Positions 1 through 9,433 of a stretch of 43,820 nt of DNA are shown one piece after another. Each line of letters opens with the position of its first letter. Within the stretch, counting starts at the first letter, position 1. Source of the stretch: a bacterium (GTDB taxonomy: Bacteria; Electryoneota; Electryoneia; Electryoneales; Electryoneaceae); assembly GCA_043801585.1 (NCBI GenBank), contig JAZDLX010000064.1, positions 1 through 43,820 of the forward strand, read 5' to 3'. A program made the position numbers and the translations under genes. The notes below the pieces were generated by a model. It worked only from the letters and a program-made list of their open reading frames with translations, searched no databases and was not told where the DNA came from.

Positions 1-1
1 C

Positions 2-802
2 CGTCATAATAGAATTGGATTCACCGCACCGTTTAATACTCCAGGTAATGGACTACCAATTATTGTGGTATTGGCGGATTGGCTAAAAAACAACCAAGAT
101 AGTATCTCGTTTAGAACCTGTATCGAGGCATTCATAAACTCATCAGAAAGTGGTATTCCTTCAAAACGATCGCGAAAGGAGGAAAAACTACTAGAACGAG
201 AACAAAGCTATTCAATTGTTTCGGCATTATGGAAGCCAGTGATCTCTAAGTCTGTTGAAAGTCTTTGGCAATCCTTGGTATCAAGTAAAGACACACACCC
301 TCTTCTTCGTCGCATCCATGATTCATTTTCAAGAATAAATCAACTTACAGTTGAAGATGATGATGTCGCAACTTTTCTCGGTATGTTAGCCCATGATTTA
401 GCACCTTGGAATAAGATTTCACAGTGCTTATCTGAACTGAGTGCTTGGATTGAAAATGGAGAACAACTTGGAAGTGTTGGTTCCGCCGATACACAAATAA
501 GGATAATGACTATGCAGGGTGCGAAGGGACTTGAGGCTAAGATAGTAATTGTACTTGGACTAGAAGAGGGATCCATACCTCGTTCAGATAATTCTGAAGA
601 GATTTCTGAACAAAGCCGACTTCTCTATGTCTCAATGACAAGGGCGATAGATGAACTTCATTTGTTTCATGCGAGAACACGTTCTGCGTCTGTAGCAATG
701 CGAGCGATTTACAAAGGAAAGGGAGCGCCTGATATTCAGCCTTCACGATTTTTAAATGTCATTCCTGAAAAAAATAGTGAGAAGCGTTTCCATCCTGCAT
801 GA
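2..802 (+). CDS. UvrD/Rep-like superfamily 1 helicase, C-terminal part (5'-truncated by the window edge)
   Basis: The frame is open from position 2. Contains motif V-like TMQGAKGLE and motif VI-like EQSRLLYVSMTRA. AT-rich compared with downstream genes. Confidence 0.85.
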   Translation, partial: RHNRIGFTAPFNTPGNGLPIIVVLADWLKNNQDSISFRTCIEAFINSSESGIPSKRSRKEEKLLEREQSYSIVSALWKPVISKSVESLWQSLVSSKDTHPLLRRIHDSFSRINQLTVEDDDVATFLGMLAHDLAPWNKISQCLSELSAWIENGEQLGSVGSADTQIRIMTMQGAKGLEAKIVIVLGLEEGSIPRSDNSEEISEQSRLLYVSMTRAIDELHLFHARTRSASVAMRAIYKGKGAPDIQPSRFLNVIPEKNSEKRFHPA

Positions 803-810
803 ATAGTCGT

Positions 811-835
811 GTTGCCCGGAATCTAAATTCCGAGG
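811..835 (+). repeat. Degenerate REP-like palindrome (GTTG + CCCGGAAT/ATTCCGAGG)
   Basis: Stem-loop just after the helicase stop, with the same tag+CCCG architecture as the copies at 20855, 36003 and 43557-43736. Confidence 0.4.
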
Positions 836-1039
836 AAATCGCTGCCGAAACGGTTCGATTCTCCGGTCCTTTTTCGCGGCTGGACTTTTTTCTGCTCTAT
901 TCCCTGGCGGGAGCAAATTCTCAACTCCTTATTGTATATTAAGTTCTCTAAAGCGGTTGCTGAATTTTCCACTATGGTGGGGTGAACGCCCAGTTGTACG
1001 GCGTTCCCGGGACAGGGGTGTGATCAGTAACGGGGCGCA

Positions 1040-2221
1040 ATGAAAAGCGTCAAGCTCGATCAGGTGAAGGTCGGTGACGTCTTGGGCAAATCCCTTTTCA
1101 GCGAGAAGGGTGAGCTGATGCTCGCGGCCGGCTACGAGCTGACGGACGAAATGCTTCGTCTGCTTAAAAAGCACGGCTACCACAGACTTTACCTGTTTGA
1201 TGAAGCAACGAAGGACATCAGGCCCCTCGATGTCATCTCCGAAATGGTTCGTGCCGCAACGACAAGGCGTCTTCACGATTCCTATGGCGAAGTCGTGAAA
1301 GCTCTCGACCGTATCCATACCAGCCCGCTGCATCTGAAACACCGCCTCGCGGATGATCCGTCGCTGAAAAAGATCCTTCCCGTGGGTGAGGTGAACAAGG
1401 CGGTTTCAGGCATCGTTGAAGAACTGCTCGACAACAACGTCTCTCTGCTTACCAGCCTGCCGATGAAATCCGAAACCGGCAAGGAGTTGCAGCATGCTAT
1501 CGACACCGCTGTGCTGTCGGTGTTGCTCGGTCAGCAGTTCAACTACGAGTACAAGGAGCTGAAACTGCTCGGTTCGGCGTCGTTGCTGCATGACATCGGC
1601 AAGATGGTTTTCCCGCAACTCGCTGAAAAACCCGATTTCATGCTTTCCTTCCAGGAGAAGTGGCTGCTCCGTGAACACCCCACCTACAGCATGCTGATCC
1701 TCAAGGGGTCGGACCCGCACAGCTACGTGGAGCAGACAACCATCCTGCAGCACCATGAACGCCCGGATGGCAAGGGGTACCCGCAGGGACTCAAGGGGGA
1801 CAACGCCGCCCCGCTGAAAGCGGTTGAGGTTGACCCGACACGGATTTTCCGCCATGCTGAAATACTCGCCGTCGCCAACGCCTATGACAATTTCCTCTCC
1901 AGCGAGCTGGACGGCGTCCGTCATACGCCCCAGTCCGCCGTGTCGGAGATGGTCCAGGGCGCCGGATCGATTTTCAACCCGCACATCCTCCGCGCCCTGA
2001 CCAAGGTTGTGCAGTTTTTTCCGCAGGGGAGCGAGATCAGGATCCATACCACATCCTCCGGAACGTGGGATGGCGCACGGGGTTATGTGAAAGAGGCCAA
2101 TCCCTACGAGTACGCGAAACCAATCGTGCTGATCACCTTTGACTCCCGTGGCAATGCCATCGATCCTGAGGAAGTCGATCTGAAGGACGAAAACGAGGTC
2201 CATCTCGAACTGATTCTCTAA
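1040..2221 (+). CDS. HD-GYP domain protein (cyclic dinucleotide phosphodiesterase-like)
   Basis: Motifs LLHDIGK, HP, HHERPDGKGYP and AVANAYD. The N-terminal GDVLGKSLFSEKGELML segment is typical of this class. Confidence 0.9.
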   Translation: MKSVKLDQVKVGDVLGKSLFSEKGELMLAAGYELTDEMLRLLKKHGYHRLYLFDEATKDIRPLDVISEMVRAATTRRLHDSYGEVVKALDRIHTSPLHLKHRLADDPSLKKILPVGEVNKAVSGIVEELLDNNVSLLTSLPMKSETGKELQHAIDTAVLSVLLGQQFNYEYKELKLLGSASLLHDIGKMVFPQLAEKPDFMLSFQEKWLLREHPTYSMLILKGSDPHSYVEQTTILQHHERPDGKGYPQGLKGDNAAPLKAVEVDPTRIFRHAEILAVANAYDNFLSSELDGVRHTPQSAVSEMVQGAGSIFNPHILRALTKVVQFFPQGSEIRIHTTSSGTWDGARGYVKEANPYEYAKPIVLITFDSRGNAIDPEEVDLKDENEVHLELIL

Positions 2222-2288
2222 GCTCCATTTGATCCATCCGAAAGAGTTGTATCTTGCCCGTCGTAATAACCATGAAAGGATGCGAGCG

Positions 2289-3110
2289 ATGATGGGGCGA
2301 CTCCCGAAGGCGATCTATCTGCTGGCGATGGCGGTGATCCCTCTCACGGTCTGGGCGACGCTCACCGGGCTGTTGGTCGACGGATTCTACGGTACGGTGT
2401 CCCGTTCGATGGAGGCGCAGGCGGTCGGGCAGGACCTGGTGACTCTTGTCTTTGCCGTGCCGGTGACGTTCGGCGCGTTGATCCTGTCGTTCCGGGGTTC
2501 GCAACGGGGCGACATTCTCTTGCTCGGCCAGTTCGCCTACTTCGTCTACACCTACCTCAGCTATTCGATGCTGCTGCCGTTCAACCAGCTCTGGCTCGTC
2601 GTCGTAATGATCTTTTCGATGTCCCTCGCGGGGTTGATCATCGGTTTTGCATCCATTGACGCAAAAGAACTGGCGGGCCGTTACGAGGCGAGCTATCCGC
2701 GCAAGGTTGTTGCGGCGTACATGATTCTCGCCGGGGCATTGGTCGGGATCATGTGGCTCGGATCAATCGTCCTTCCGGCGACAATCTCGGGCAGCCTTCC
2801 CCAATCCGTCATCGACGAAAGTGGCGGAAACCTGACGATTCAGGTGTTGGACCTCGGGATCATCGTCCCGCTCGCTGTGACTGCCGGCATCCTGCTGTGG
2901 CGGAACCACCCGGCTGGCTATCTGATCGCTTCGGTAATCCTGGTCAAAGCCGCAACCCTGCTGCTTGCGATCCTGGCGATGATCGTCTTCATGGAGCGTG
3001 CGGGCGTCCCTGCATCACCGGCGCAGGTGATTCTCTTCCTGCTCCTGTTTGTCGTTGGGTTCGCGATGCTGATCGTTCACCTGCGCGGATTGAACCAGGA
3101 CGACGAATGA
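2289..3110 (+). CDS. Multi-pass membrane protein of unknown function
   Basis: About 8 hydrophobic segments. Start chosen at ATG 2289 after AAAGGA; the start is uncertain. Confidence 0.75.
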   Translation: MMGRLPKAIYLLAMAVIPLTVWATLTGLLVDGFYGTVSRSMEAQAVGQDLVTLVFAVPVTFGALILSFRGSQRGDILLLGQFAYFVYTYLSYSMLLPFNQLWLVVVMIFSMSLAGLIIGFASIDAKELAGRYEASYPRKVVAAYMILAGALVGIMWLGSIVLPATISGSLPQSVIDESGGNLTIQVLDLGIIVPLAVTAGILLWRNHPAGYLIASVILVKAATLLLAILAMIVFMERAGVPASPAQVILFLLLFVVGFAMLIVHLRGLNQDDE

Positions 3111-3224
3111 GGAGAACTCGCTCCCAAAGAGGAGTCTTACCGGGCAAAGCTCTTGACGTGGACAGGTTTCTGCTGTTTCTTACCGCCCCGGTAACGTACG
3201 TGAAACCTGAAACGAAGTGGTCCG

Positions 3225-3824
3225 ATGATTCATTCCGCCGTAGAGTATAACACCTTGTTTTCCCTGGTGTTGCTGCCCGTTGCGATCTTTTTTGCCCGTA
3301 TCATGGATGTTTCGATCGGAACCATCCGTGTCATTTTCGTCTCGCGCGGGATGCGTGTGGTAGCTCCGATCCTCGGATTCTTCGAGGTGCTTATCTGGAT
3401 CATTGCCGTCGGCCAGATCATGAAGAATCTGAATGAATGGTATTATTACGTGGCATACGCGAGCGGTTTCGCGGCGGGCACCTGGGTGGGCATCTGGATC
3501 GAAGGCAAGCTCGCCGTCGGCATGGTGATTCTGCGGATCATTACACACACCGACGCCACAGAACTCACCAGCAGACTTCGCGAACTGAATTATGGTCTCA
3601 CCGGCGTGGATGCGGAGGGCGCGCGGGGACCGGTCAAGATCCTGTTCATGCTGCTTCCGCGCCATGACCTGAAAGCAATCATCAAGCAGATCCAATCCTA
3701 CAACCCAAACGCTTTCTACTCGGTGGAAGACGTCCGGTTTGTGCGTGAGGGGATTTTTCCACCCAGCATGAACCGTGTCCCGCTTCCCTTCCATCTCCAG
3801 AAACGCATCTCGAAAAAGAAATAG
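3225..3824 (+). CDS. UPF0316/DUF2179-family membrane protein
   Basis: ARIMDVSIGTIR...LGFFEVLIW...YASGFAAG membrane part followed by a C-terminal PII-like segment (GLTGVDAEGARG, NPNAF). Confidence 0.85.
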   Translation: MIHSAVEYNTLFSLVLLPVAIFFARIMDVSIGTIRVIFVSRGMRVVAPILGFFEVLIWIIAVGQIMKNLNEWYYYVAYASGFAAGTWVGIWIEGKLAVGMVILRIITHTDATELTSRLRELNYGLTGVDAEGARGPVKILFMLLPRHDLKAIIKQIQSYNPNAFYSVEDVRFVREGIFPPSMNRVPLPFHLQKRISKKK

Positions 3825-3852
3825 CCCCCTCCATTTCCTCCTGGAAGGGGCT
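3823..3852. terminator. Hairpin between convergent genes, probable terminator
   Basis: AGCCCC-C-TCCA / TGGA-A-GGGGCT stem between two convergent stop codons; no strong U-tract. Confidence 0.45.
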
Positions 3853-3875
3853 CGCATCGCGTCGTGTCGATCTCC

Positions 3876-5399
3876 TCAGAGTTTTACTCCGTAGAGGCTT
3901 GATATCTTATTGCTCAGGTGCAAGGCCAGGGCGTCCGCGGACGGGGCTTGACCGGTGACCCGTTGCACGAGGTCGGCGGGCGTGAAACGCCTTCCCTGGC
4001 TGTGGACATTCTTGCGGAACCAGTCGCGGATAACCAGCGGCTCTTCCTTTCGCAGGATTTCTTCAAAACTTCCGAGCTCCTTTTCAGCGGCCTCCACGAA
4101 CTGCGCTGAATACAGATTTCCGAGTGCATAGGTGGGGAAATAGCCGATGAGACCCACGGACCAGTGGATGTCCTGCAGACAGCCGCGGGCATCGTTGGGC
4201 ACATCAATGCCAAGGTAGGACTTAACCTTTTCATTCCATGCGCCGGGGAGATCGCCTGGGGTGAGGTCGCCGTTCAATAGCGCCACTTCCAGTTCGTAAC
4301 GGATCAGGATGTGCAGGTTGTAGGTCACCTCGTCGGCTTCCACACGGATCAGGCTTGGTTTGATGTCGTTGATCGCGAAATGGACAGCGTCGAGATTCCT
4401 ACCCGAAAGCTCGGGGAAATAGTTGCATGCTCGCGGAAGCCAGACCTCCCAGAATGCGTGGCTGCGTCCAATGCGGTTTTCCCACATCCGGGACTGGGAT
4501 TCATGGATTCCCAGCGAAACGATGGACCCGAGGGGGGTGCCGAAATGCTCGCTTGGCAGCCCCTGTTCATAGATCGAGTGTCCCGCTTCGTGCAGAGAAC
4601 TCGTCAGGGCATCACTGAAATCTTCCTCACTGTACCGTGTGCCGAAACGGACATCATTGGGACCGAGCGTGGTGCTGAAGGGGTGGGCTGTTTCGCCGAT
4701 GCCGCCTCGCTTCGGATCATAGCCGATCCAGGAAACCGCATCCATATTGAATGCCTGTTGGACGGATACCGGAAATGTTCCCCGGAGGTTCGCACGGTCG
4801 GGATGGCGTTCCGCACCGGCGACCGCTTCGATCATCGGCACCAGGCGAGTGCGTAAATCTCGCAGCATCTCGCCCGCCTGGGCGGCGGTGATCCCCGGTT
4901 CGTATCCGGCGAGCAGCGCATCGTAGGGTTCGCCATCGTGGCCGTAATGGTCAGCAGCTTCCCGGGCGAGTTTGAAGTTCTTCTCCAGCCACGGAGCGAA
5001 GTCGGAGAAACGATTGTTTTTTCTGGCCTCAACCCACACGGCTCGGGCCTCGACAGTCGTTCTGGCTATCTCCTCGACGAGGCTTTTAGGCAGTTTCACA
5101 CGGCGGTCATAATCCCTCCGCCACTCCCGAAGGTTCACGCGTTCCGCACTTTCGGGAACGCCGAGATCGTCACCCGCGGCCTCAAGTTCGGCAAGCAGTT
5201 CGTCGATCCTGGAGTCGGTGGCGCGCTCGTGGGACAGTCCATCGATCAACGCCGTCTGCCGTCCCCGCCAGGGTGCACCGGCGGGCTGCAGCGCTGTCTG
5301 CTCGTCCCAATCAAGAACCCACCGGATCGTCTCCAGCGCTGCAACTTCCGACATCCGCGTCTTCAGTTCCTCATAGGATTTCCGCAAATGGGCCATCAT
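3876..5399 (-). CDS. Carboxypeptidase, M32 (Taq) family
   Basis: Motifs HPF, HEAGH (HEXXH), HESQS, IRVEADE, GCLQDIHW and GYFPTYALG. GGGAG RBS before the ATG at 5399. Confidence 0.95.
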   Translation of the reverse strand: MMAHLRKSYEELKTRMSEVAALETIRWVLDWDEQTALQPAGAPWRGRQTALIDGLSHERATDSRIDELLAELEAAGDDLGVPESAERVNLREWRRDYDRRVKLPKSLVEEIARTTVEARAVWVEARKNNRFSDFAPWLEKNFKLAREAADHYGHDGEPYDALLAGYEPGITAAQAGEMLRDLRTRLVPMIEAVAGAERHPDRANLRGTFPVSVQQAFNMDAVSWIGYDPKRGGIGETAHPFSTTLGPNDVRFGTRYSEEDFSDALTSSLHEAGHSIYEQGLPSEHFGTPLGSIVSLGIHESQSRMWENRIGRSHAFWEVWLPRACNYFPELSGRNLDAVHFAINDIKPSLIRVEADEVTYNLHILIRYELEVALLNGDLTPGDLPGAWNEKVKSYLGIDVPNDARGCLQDIHWSVGLIGYFPTYALGNLYSAQFVEAAEKELGSFEEILRKEEPLVIRDWFRKNVHSQGRRFTPADLVQRVTGQAPSADALALHLSNKISSLYGVKL

Positions 5400-5564
5400 C
5401 GTCTCCCGGTAGTTGCAGTTTTTGAATAGGCAAACGTAACCTTGCCATGAGAGCATGGCAAATGGGGATGAGAGACGGAGAAATTGAAAGTAAAAATCCG
5501 GACGATGAGCGAATCTGATATATCGTAGATTTCGGCTCGTTGAACTGGTCCCCTGGAGTTGCTC

Positions 5565-6545
5565 ATGAACGAAAGTCACACGGGTCCTCGCCAGGCTTTG
5601 GCGGGCCGAGATTTGCCTCTGGCCGGTCTTTTTTACCTGTTCGTCATTTATCTCGTCTGGGGAAGCACCTACCTCGCGATCCGTGTCGCCGTGCGGGGAG
5701 AGGGGGGATTCGAACCGTTCACTCTCGGCGCATTGCGCCTGCTCCCTGCCAGCCTGATTCTGCTCATGATCGCCCGGTTTCGCAGATCACGTCTCAGACC
5801 GACCCGTTCGGAATTCATCACGCTTACGCTGTCCGGCCTGTTGCTGTGGATCGGCGGCAACGGTCTTGTCAACTGGGCGGAACAGCGAGCGGATTCCGGT
5901 TATACAGCTCTGATCGTCGGTGCACTTCCCATGTGGACTGCGCTCTACGAAGCGATTCTTGACCGAAGAACACCGAGTATGCGTCTCGCCGGAGGGCTTC
6001 TCGTTGGTTTTATGGGACTCGGGGTGTTGACATACCCGGAAATCCACGGAGGACATCACGCTGATGCGCTGAGTGTCCTGGCGCTGCTTGCCGCTCCCAT
6101 GTTCTGGGGGATGGGAATGATCCTGATGGCGCGGCGGCCGGTGAAACTTGGTTCAATGGCGATAGCAGGGTGGCAACAGCTCATCGGTTTTGTCGGATTC
6201 GTGATCATGCTGACGTTGACGGGCGAAAAATGGCACACCCCGACGGCTGCTGCATGGGGTGGGTGGGCTTACCTGGTGGTTGCCGGATCGCTGATTGCGT
6301 TCACTTCTTTCATGAAAGTGTTGAAGCTGCTGCCGACGTCGATTGTCTCAACCTACGCTTATGTGAACCCGGTGATTGCGGTTTTCCTCGGCTGGTTGAT
6401 CCTTCGCGAATCATTGACGTTCAATACGCTGGTCGGTGCGACACTGGTGCTGCTCGGTGTGGCGGGGGTTTTCGACGACAGGCGCCACCGCCAGCGTCAG
6501 GCGTTGACCTTGAAGCAGCAGACGGAAACCTGTTCCGAAGTTTAG
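5565..6545 (+). CDS. EamA/DMT family transporter (YedA-like)
   Basis: YLVWGSTYLAIR and YAYVNPVIAVFLG motifs, about 10 TM segments, GGAG RBS. Confidence 0.92.
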   Translation: MNESHTGPRQALAGRDLPLAGLFYLFVIYLVWGSTYLAIRVAVRGEGGFEPFTLGALRLLPASLILLMIARFRRSRLRPTRSEFITLTLSGLLLWIGGNGLVNWAEQRADSGYTALIVGALPMWTALYEAILDRRTPSMRLAGGLLVGFMGLGVLTYPEIHGGHHADALSVLALLAAPMFWGMGMILMARRPVKLGSMAIAGWQQLIGFVGFVIMLTLTGEKWHTPTAAAWGGWAYLVVAGSLIAFTSFMKVLKLLPTSIVSTYAYVNPVIAVFLGWLILRESLTFNTLVGATLVLLGVAGVFDDRRHRQRQALTLKQQTETCSEV

Positions 6546-7438
6546 GCAAACATCTCTTTTACTTCATCCAGGTTGTCCAGCAGGGCTTCCCTCCCCTCGA
6601 GGATAAGCGCATCGAGGTGTTTGAAATTCGCCCAGTGAACGTGTCGGACATTGGGTACGATAACAAGGTCGGCCTGGTTGAGGAAAAAGCGGTTCAGGTG
6701 GATCTGGGCGATCCAGTCCGTTCGTGCAATGATGTCAAGGCCGTACTTGAAGGGACCTTCGTCGTAAAGCCCTCGCATTACGTCCACGGCGATCACTTTG
6801 GCGTTGAGAGTTTCGCCCGGTTCAGGGACGGGAACGTTTCGGGTAACCCCTCCGTCCACAAGGATGTATCCGTTTGAATGAACGGGTGCGAAAACTCCGG
6901 GGATCGAAGCGCTGGCATGGACGGCGACCGCGAGTGAGCCGGATCGAAGGGTGATGTCCTCCCCGGTGATCAGGTCCGTGGCGACCGCCGCGAAGGGTAT
7001 CCTGAGGTCGTCAAACGTGGCCTCGCCAAACAGCTCTTTCATCACATCTTCCATCAACCCCGGTTCGACTACCGATTCCCGGCGGATCATCTTGCTCAAG
7101 GTGAAGATTCTGCGAATCCGGGCGCCGAACTCCTCGAAGCTGTCATGCTTCTCATCCTCTTCGTCGAGCATCTCGTCGAGATCGAATTTCGTAAAGAGTT
7201 CCGAGTGAATCAGATCATGGGCGATCTTCTCCAGTTGCTCCGCGTTGCCATGCAGGCAGTAGAGAGCGCCAACGACCGCACCGATGGAGGTTCCGGTGAC
7301 GAGGGCGGGTTTCAAGCCCGCATGATCAAGTTCTTTCAACACCCCGATGTGGGCGAGACCACGCGCGCCTCCCCCCGAGAGAGCGAGCACGACCTGCTCT
7401 TCATGCCCGAACATCTTCTTTAACCAGGACCAGTTCAT
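6542..7438 (-). CDS. Patatin-like phospholipase (NTE/RssA family)
   Basis: LSGGGARG oxyanion motif, GTSIG nucleophile elbow and DGG motif. Confidence 0.93.
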   Translation of the reverse strand: MNWSWLKKMFGHEEQVVLALSGGGARGLAHIGVLKELDHAGLKPALVTGTSIGAVVGALYCLHGNAEQLEKIAHDLIHSELFTKFDLDEMLDEEDEKHDSFEEFGARIRRIFTLSKMIRRESVVEPGLMEDVMKELFGEATFDDLRIPFAAVATDLITGEDITLRSGSLAVAVHASASIPGVFAPVHSNGYILVDGGVTRNVPVPEPGETLNAKVIAVDVMRGLYDEGPFKYGLDIIARTDWIAQIHLNRFFLNQADLVIVPNVRHVHWANFKHLDALILEGREALLDNLDEVKEMFA

Positions 7439-7456
7439 CTTAGTGTTTTTCGCTTT

Positions 7457-9238
7457 TTATTTCGTGGTTTCCGTTTTCACATGCTTAAACAGCGATGAGT
7501 TCCAGACCATCACGCGGTACCGTGATTTCGCTCGTGGTTCGAAGGTGGTCACCGAATCAGGGGGTGCCTCCCAAGAGAACAGGTTGTCTGTTAAAATAAT
7601 TGCGTCAAGTTGGTGTTTCTGAAAGGCTTCGTGAGCTTCTCCCGTTGTCATGACCCCCGGCATCCGGAGGTAAACAGGGGGCACGATGTAAAAGGCCAGC
7701 GTTCGGCCGTCTGACGGCGCCAGTCCTTTCCGAGCGGCGTATTCCATCGCGGCGTAACGGACCGATTGAATTGCTTCGTCTTCGCCGAAGATCTCGCGTA
7801 CCAGCGGAAGAAATCCAGCATATCGGGAAGAATCGAGTTCACCGAAGTGCGACTGGAAGCGGTGCATCACAGCCTTCCCGCGGTCGATGGAATAGGCGGC
7901 TGACACGTCGATAGCGGTACTCGAGTTCTGATTGAACAGCGTTTGTGCGAGGGAATTGTAAGGAATGCCAAGGGTTGCATCCAAATCCAGATTATCATCG
8001 ATGAACGAGGAAATGTCCGTCAATTCGCCTTGACGACCCATCTCATGACGCAAGATTGTGTGTTCCAAGGTCCATCCGACCAGCAGGGCGGCAATCAGCA
8101 TCCCCGTCCACCGTGGAATTCTTGTAAACAGGTCGACCAGTCCGATGGCTCCAAGGATGGCGAAAAAGGGGACGAGCTGCAGGGTGTGCCGGTCAAAGTA
8201 GAAATTGGATTTGATCAATGGAAACGCCAGTAACAAAAGACCTGCAAACATCATCCACGCTGCGGCGAGACCATATTTCCTGCGAAAAATGATCCCGCCC
8301 CAGATCACGAAAGGAAGCATCAGCAACCCAAGCCACCTCGGACTGTACTTCAGCAGCAGAAGGTGGTCGGGATGGACGGAACGATCGAACGAGAGATAGT
8401 TGCCTAAAAACGTTTTGACAAATGTCGGACTGTCCGTCCAGATCTGCGGGAAGGTGGCGAGCAGTACCAGCAGAAACGCGCCGGCCATCAGGAGGAACGC
8501 CGGAACCGGCCGGAAGAATGCGGCACTGCGAGCCCGTTGGTCCAGCCAATGTCTCAGGACGAAGACCCCGAATGGCACGACAAGAAACGGGAGGCAAGTA
8601 AGACGAGTCGCCAGCACCGCACCCATCAACGCGGCGGCTCCGGCGAGGACAAGATCCCAGCCCCGGCGATAGGAGGTCGTGCCGTGGAGCGTCAGCAACA
8701 ACGCCGGCACGAACAGGGCGTATCCAAGTCCGTCGCTTTTGAACATCAGCGATTCGGTCGTCCAGAGGGGAGAAAGCACGCTAAGCAGCACAAACCAGAG
8801 AAGCACGGGTTTTGGAAGAGGGCGATTGACAAAGGGAACGACGAAGAGCAGCGGAAGCAGCGAAAGGGCTGCAAACAGGTAACGAAGGAACGACAGGAGA
8901 CGAAGAGGGTGAAAGCCCAGGTTCGCCAGGTAGAGTACCATCCCTTCCATTAGATCCTGATAACCGCCTTGCAAATGGGGGGCCAGACCGTGAATTATCA
9001 TGTCCACAAGGACTGCGGGGTAAGCCAGCATCTGCACGGTCGTTCCAGGCCAGACCAGTTGGGTGGGGGTGGCATTGAACAACAATCCGATTGTCGACCA
9101 GAACATGATCAATTCATCTGTATTGTAAATACCGCTGGCAGGTCCACGGAGGAGAAGACTGAAGCGGAGTGCCAATCCAAGAATTAGAAGGAAGATAACG
9201 GCGAGAAGAAAACGGTTTTCGGGTTTCACCGGCTTCAT
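7457..9238 (-). CDS. Polytopic membrane protein, probable GT-C fold glycosyltransferase (GT39/GT83-like)
   Basis: First TM followed by a YNTDE acidic loop motif, KSD motif, many TM segments and a soluble C-terminal domain. AAGGGAG RBS before ATG 9238. Confidence 0.6.
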   Translation of the reverse strand: MKPVKPENRFLLAVIFLLILGLALRFSLLLRGPASGIYNTDELIMFWSTIGLLFNATPTQLVWPGTTVQMLAYPAVLVDMIIHGLAPHLQGGYQDLMEGMVLYLANLGFHPLRLLSFLRYLFAALSLLPLLFVVPFVNRPLPKPVLLWFVLLSVLSPLWTTESLMFKSDGLGYALFVPALLLTLHGTTSYRRGWDLVLAGAAALMGAVLATRLTCLPFLVVPFGVFVLRHWLDQRARSAAFFRPVPAFLLMAGAFLLVLLATFPQIWTDSPTFVKTFLGNYLSFDRSVHPDHLLLLKYSPRWLGLLMLPFVIWGGIIFRRKYGLAAAWMMFAGLLLLAFPLIKSNFYFDRHTLQLVPFFAILGAIGLVDLFTRIPRWTGMLIAALLVGWTLEHTILRHEMGRQGELTDISSFIDDNLDLDATLGIPYNSLAQTLFNQNSSTAIDVSAAYSIDRGKAVMHRFQSHFGELDSSRYAGFLPLVREIFGEDEAIQSVRYAAMEYAARKGLAPSDGRTLAFYIVPPVYLRMPGVMTTGEAHEAFQKHQLDAIILTDNLFSWEAPPDSVTTFEPRAKSRYRVMVWNSSLFKHVKTETTK

Positions 9239-9433
9239 TGATTCTCCCTTTGCGTCCGCTTTCAGAGGCTTTTCAAGTGTGCAATATACAACGATTAGAG
9301 GAGGATGGATTGCAGCGGCTATCCCTTCAACTTGCCCATCTCCCTTCAGGGAGCCTACCTTGCCGCACCAGAGGTTATAAGGGACTGGTCCAGGGAGAAC
9401 CGAATTCCTGGACGGGTTCACAGGAGGAGCGCA

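Noticed and set aside
851..866. GGTTCGATTC resembling a tRNA T-loop or att-site remnant at the island boundary
   Set aside because: The flanks (AACGG / CTCCG) do not form a 5-bp T-stem, and there is no acceptor stem or CCA.
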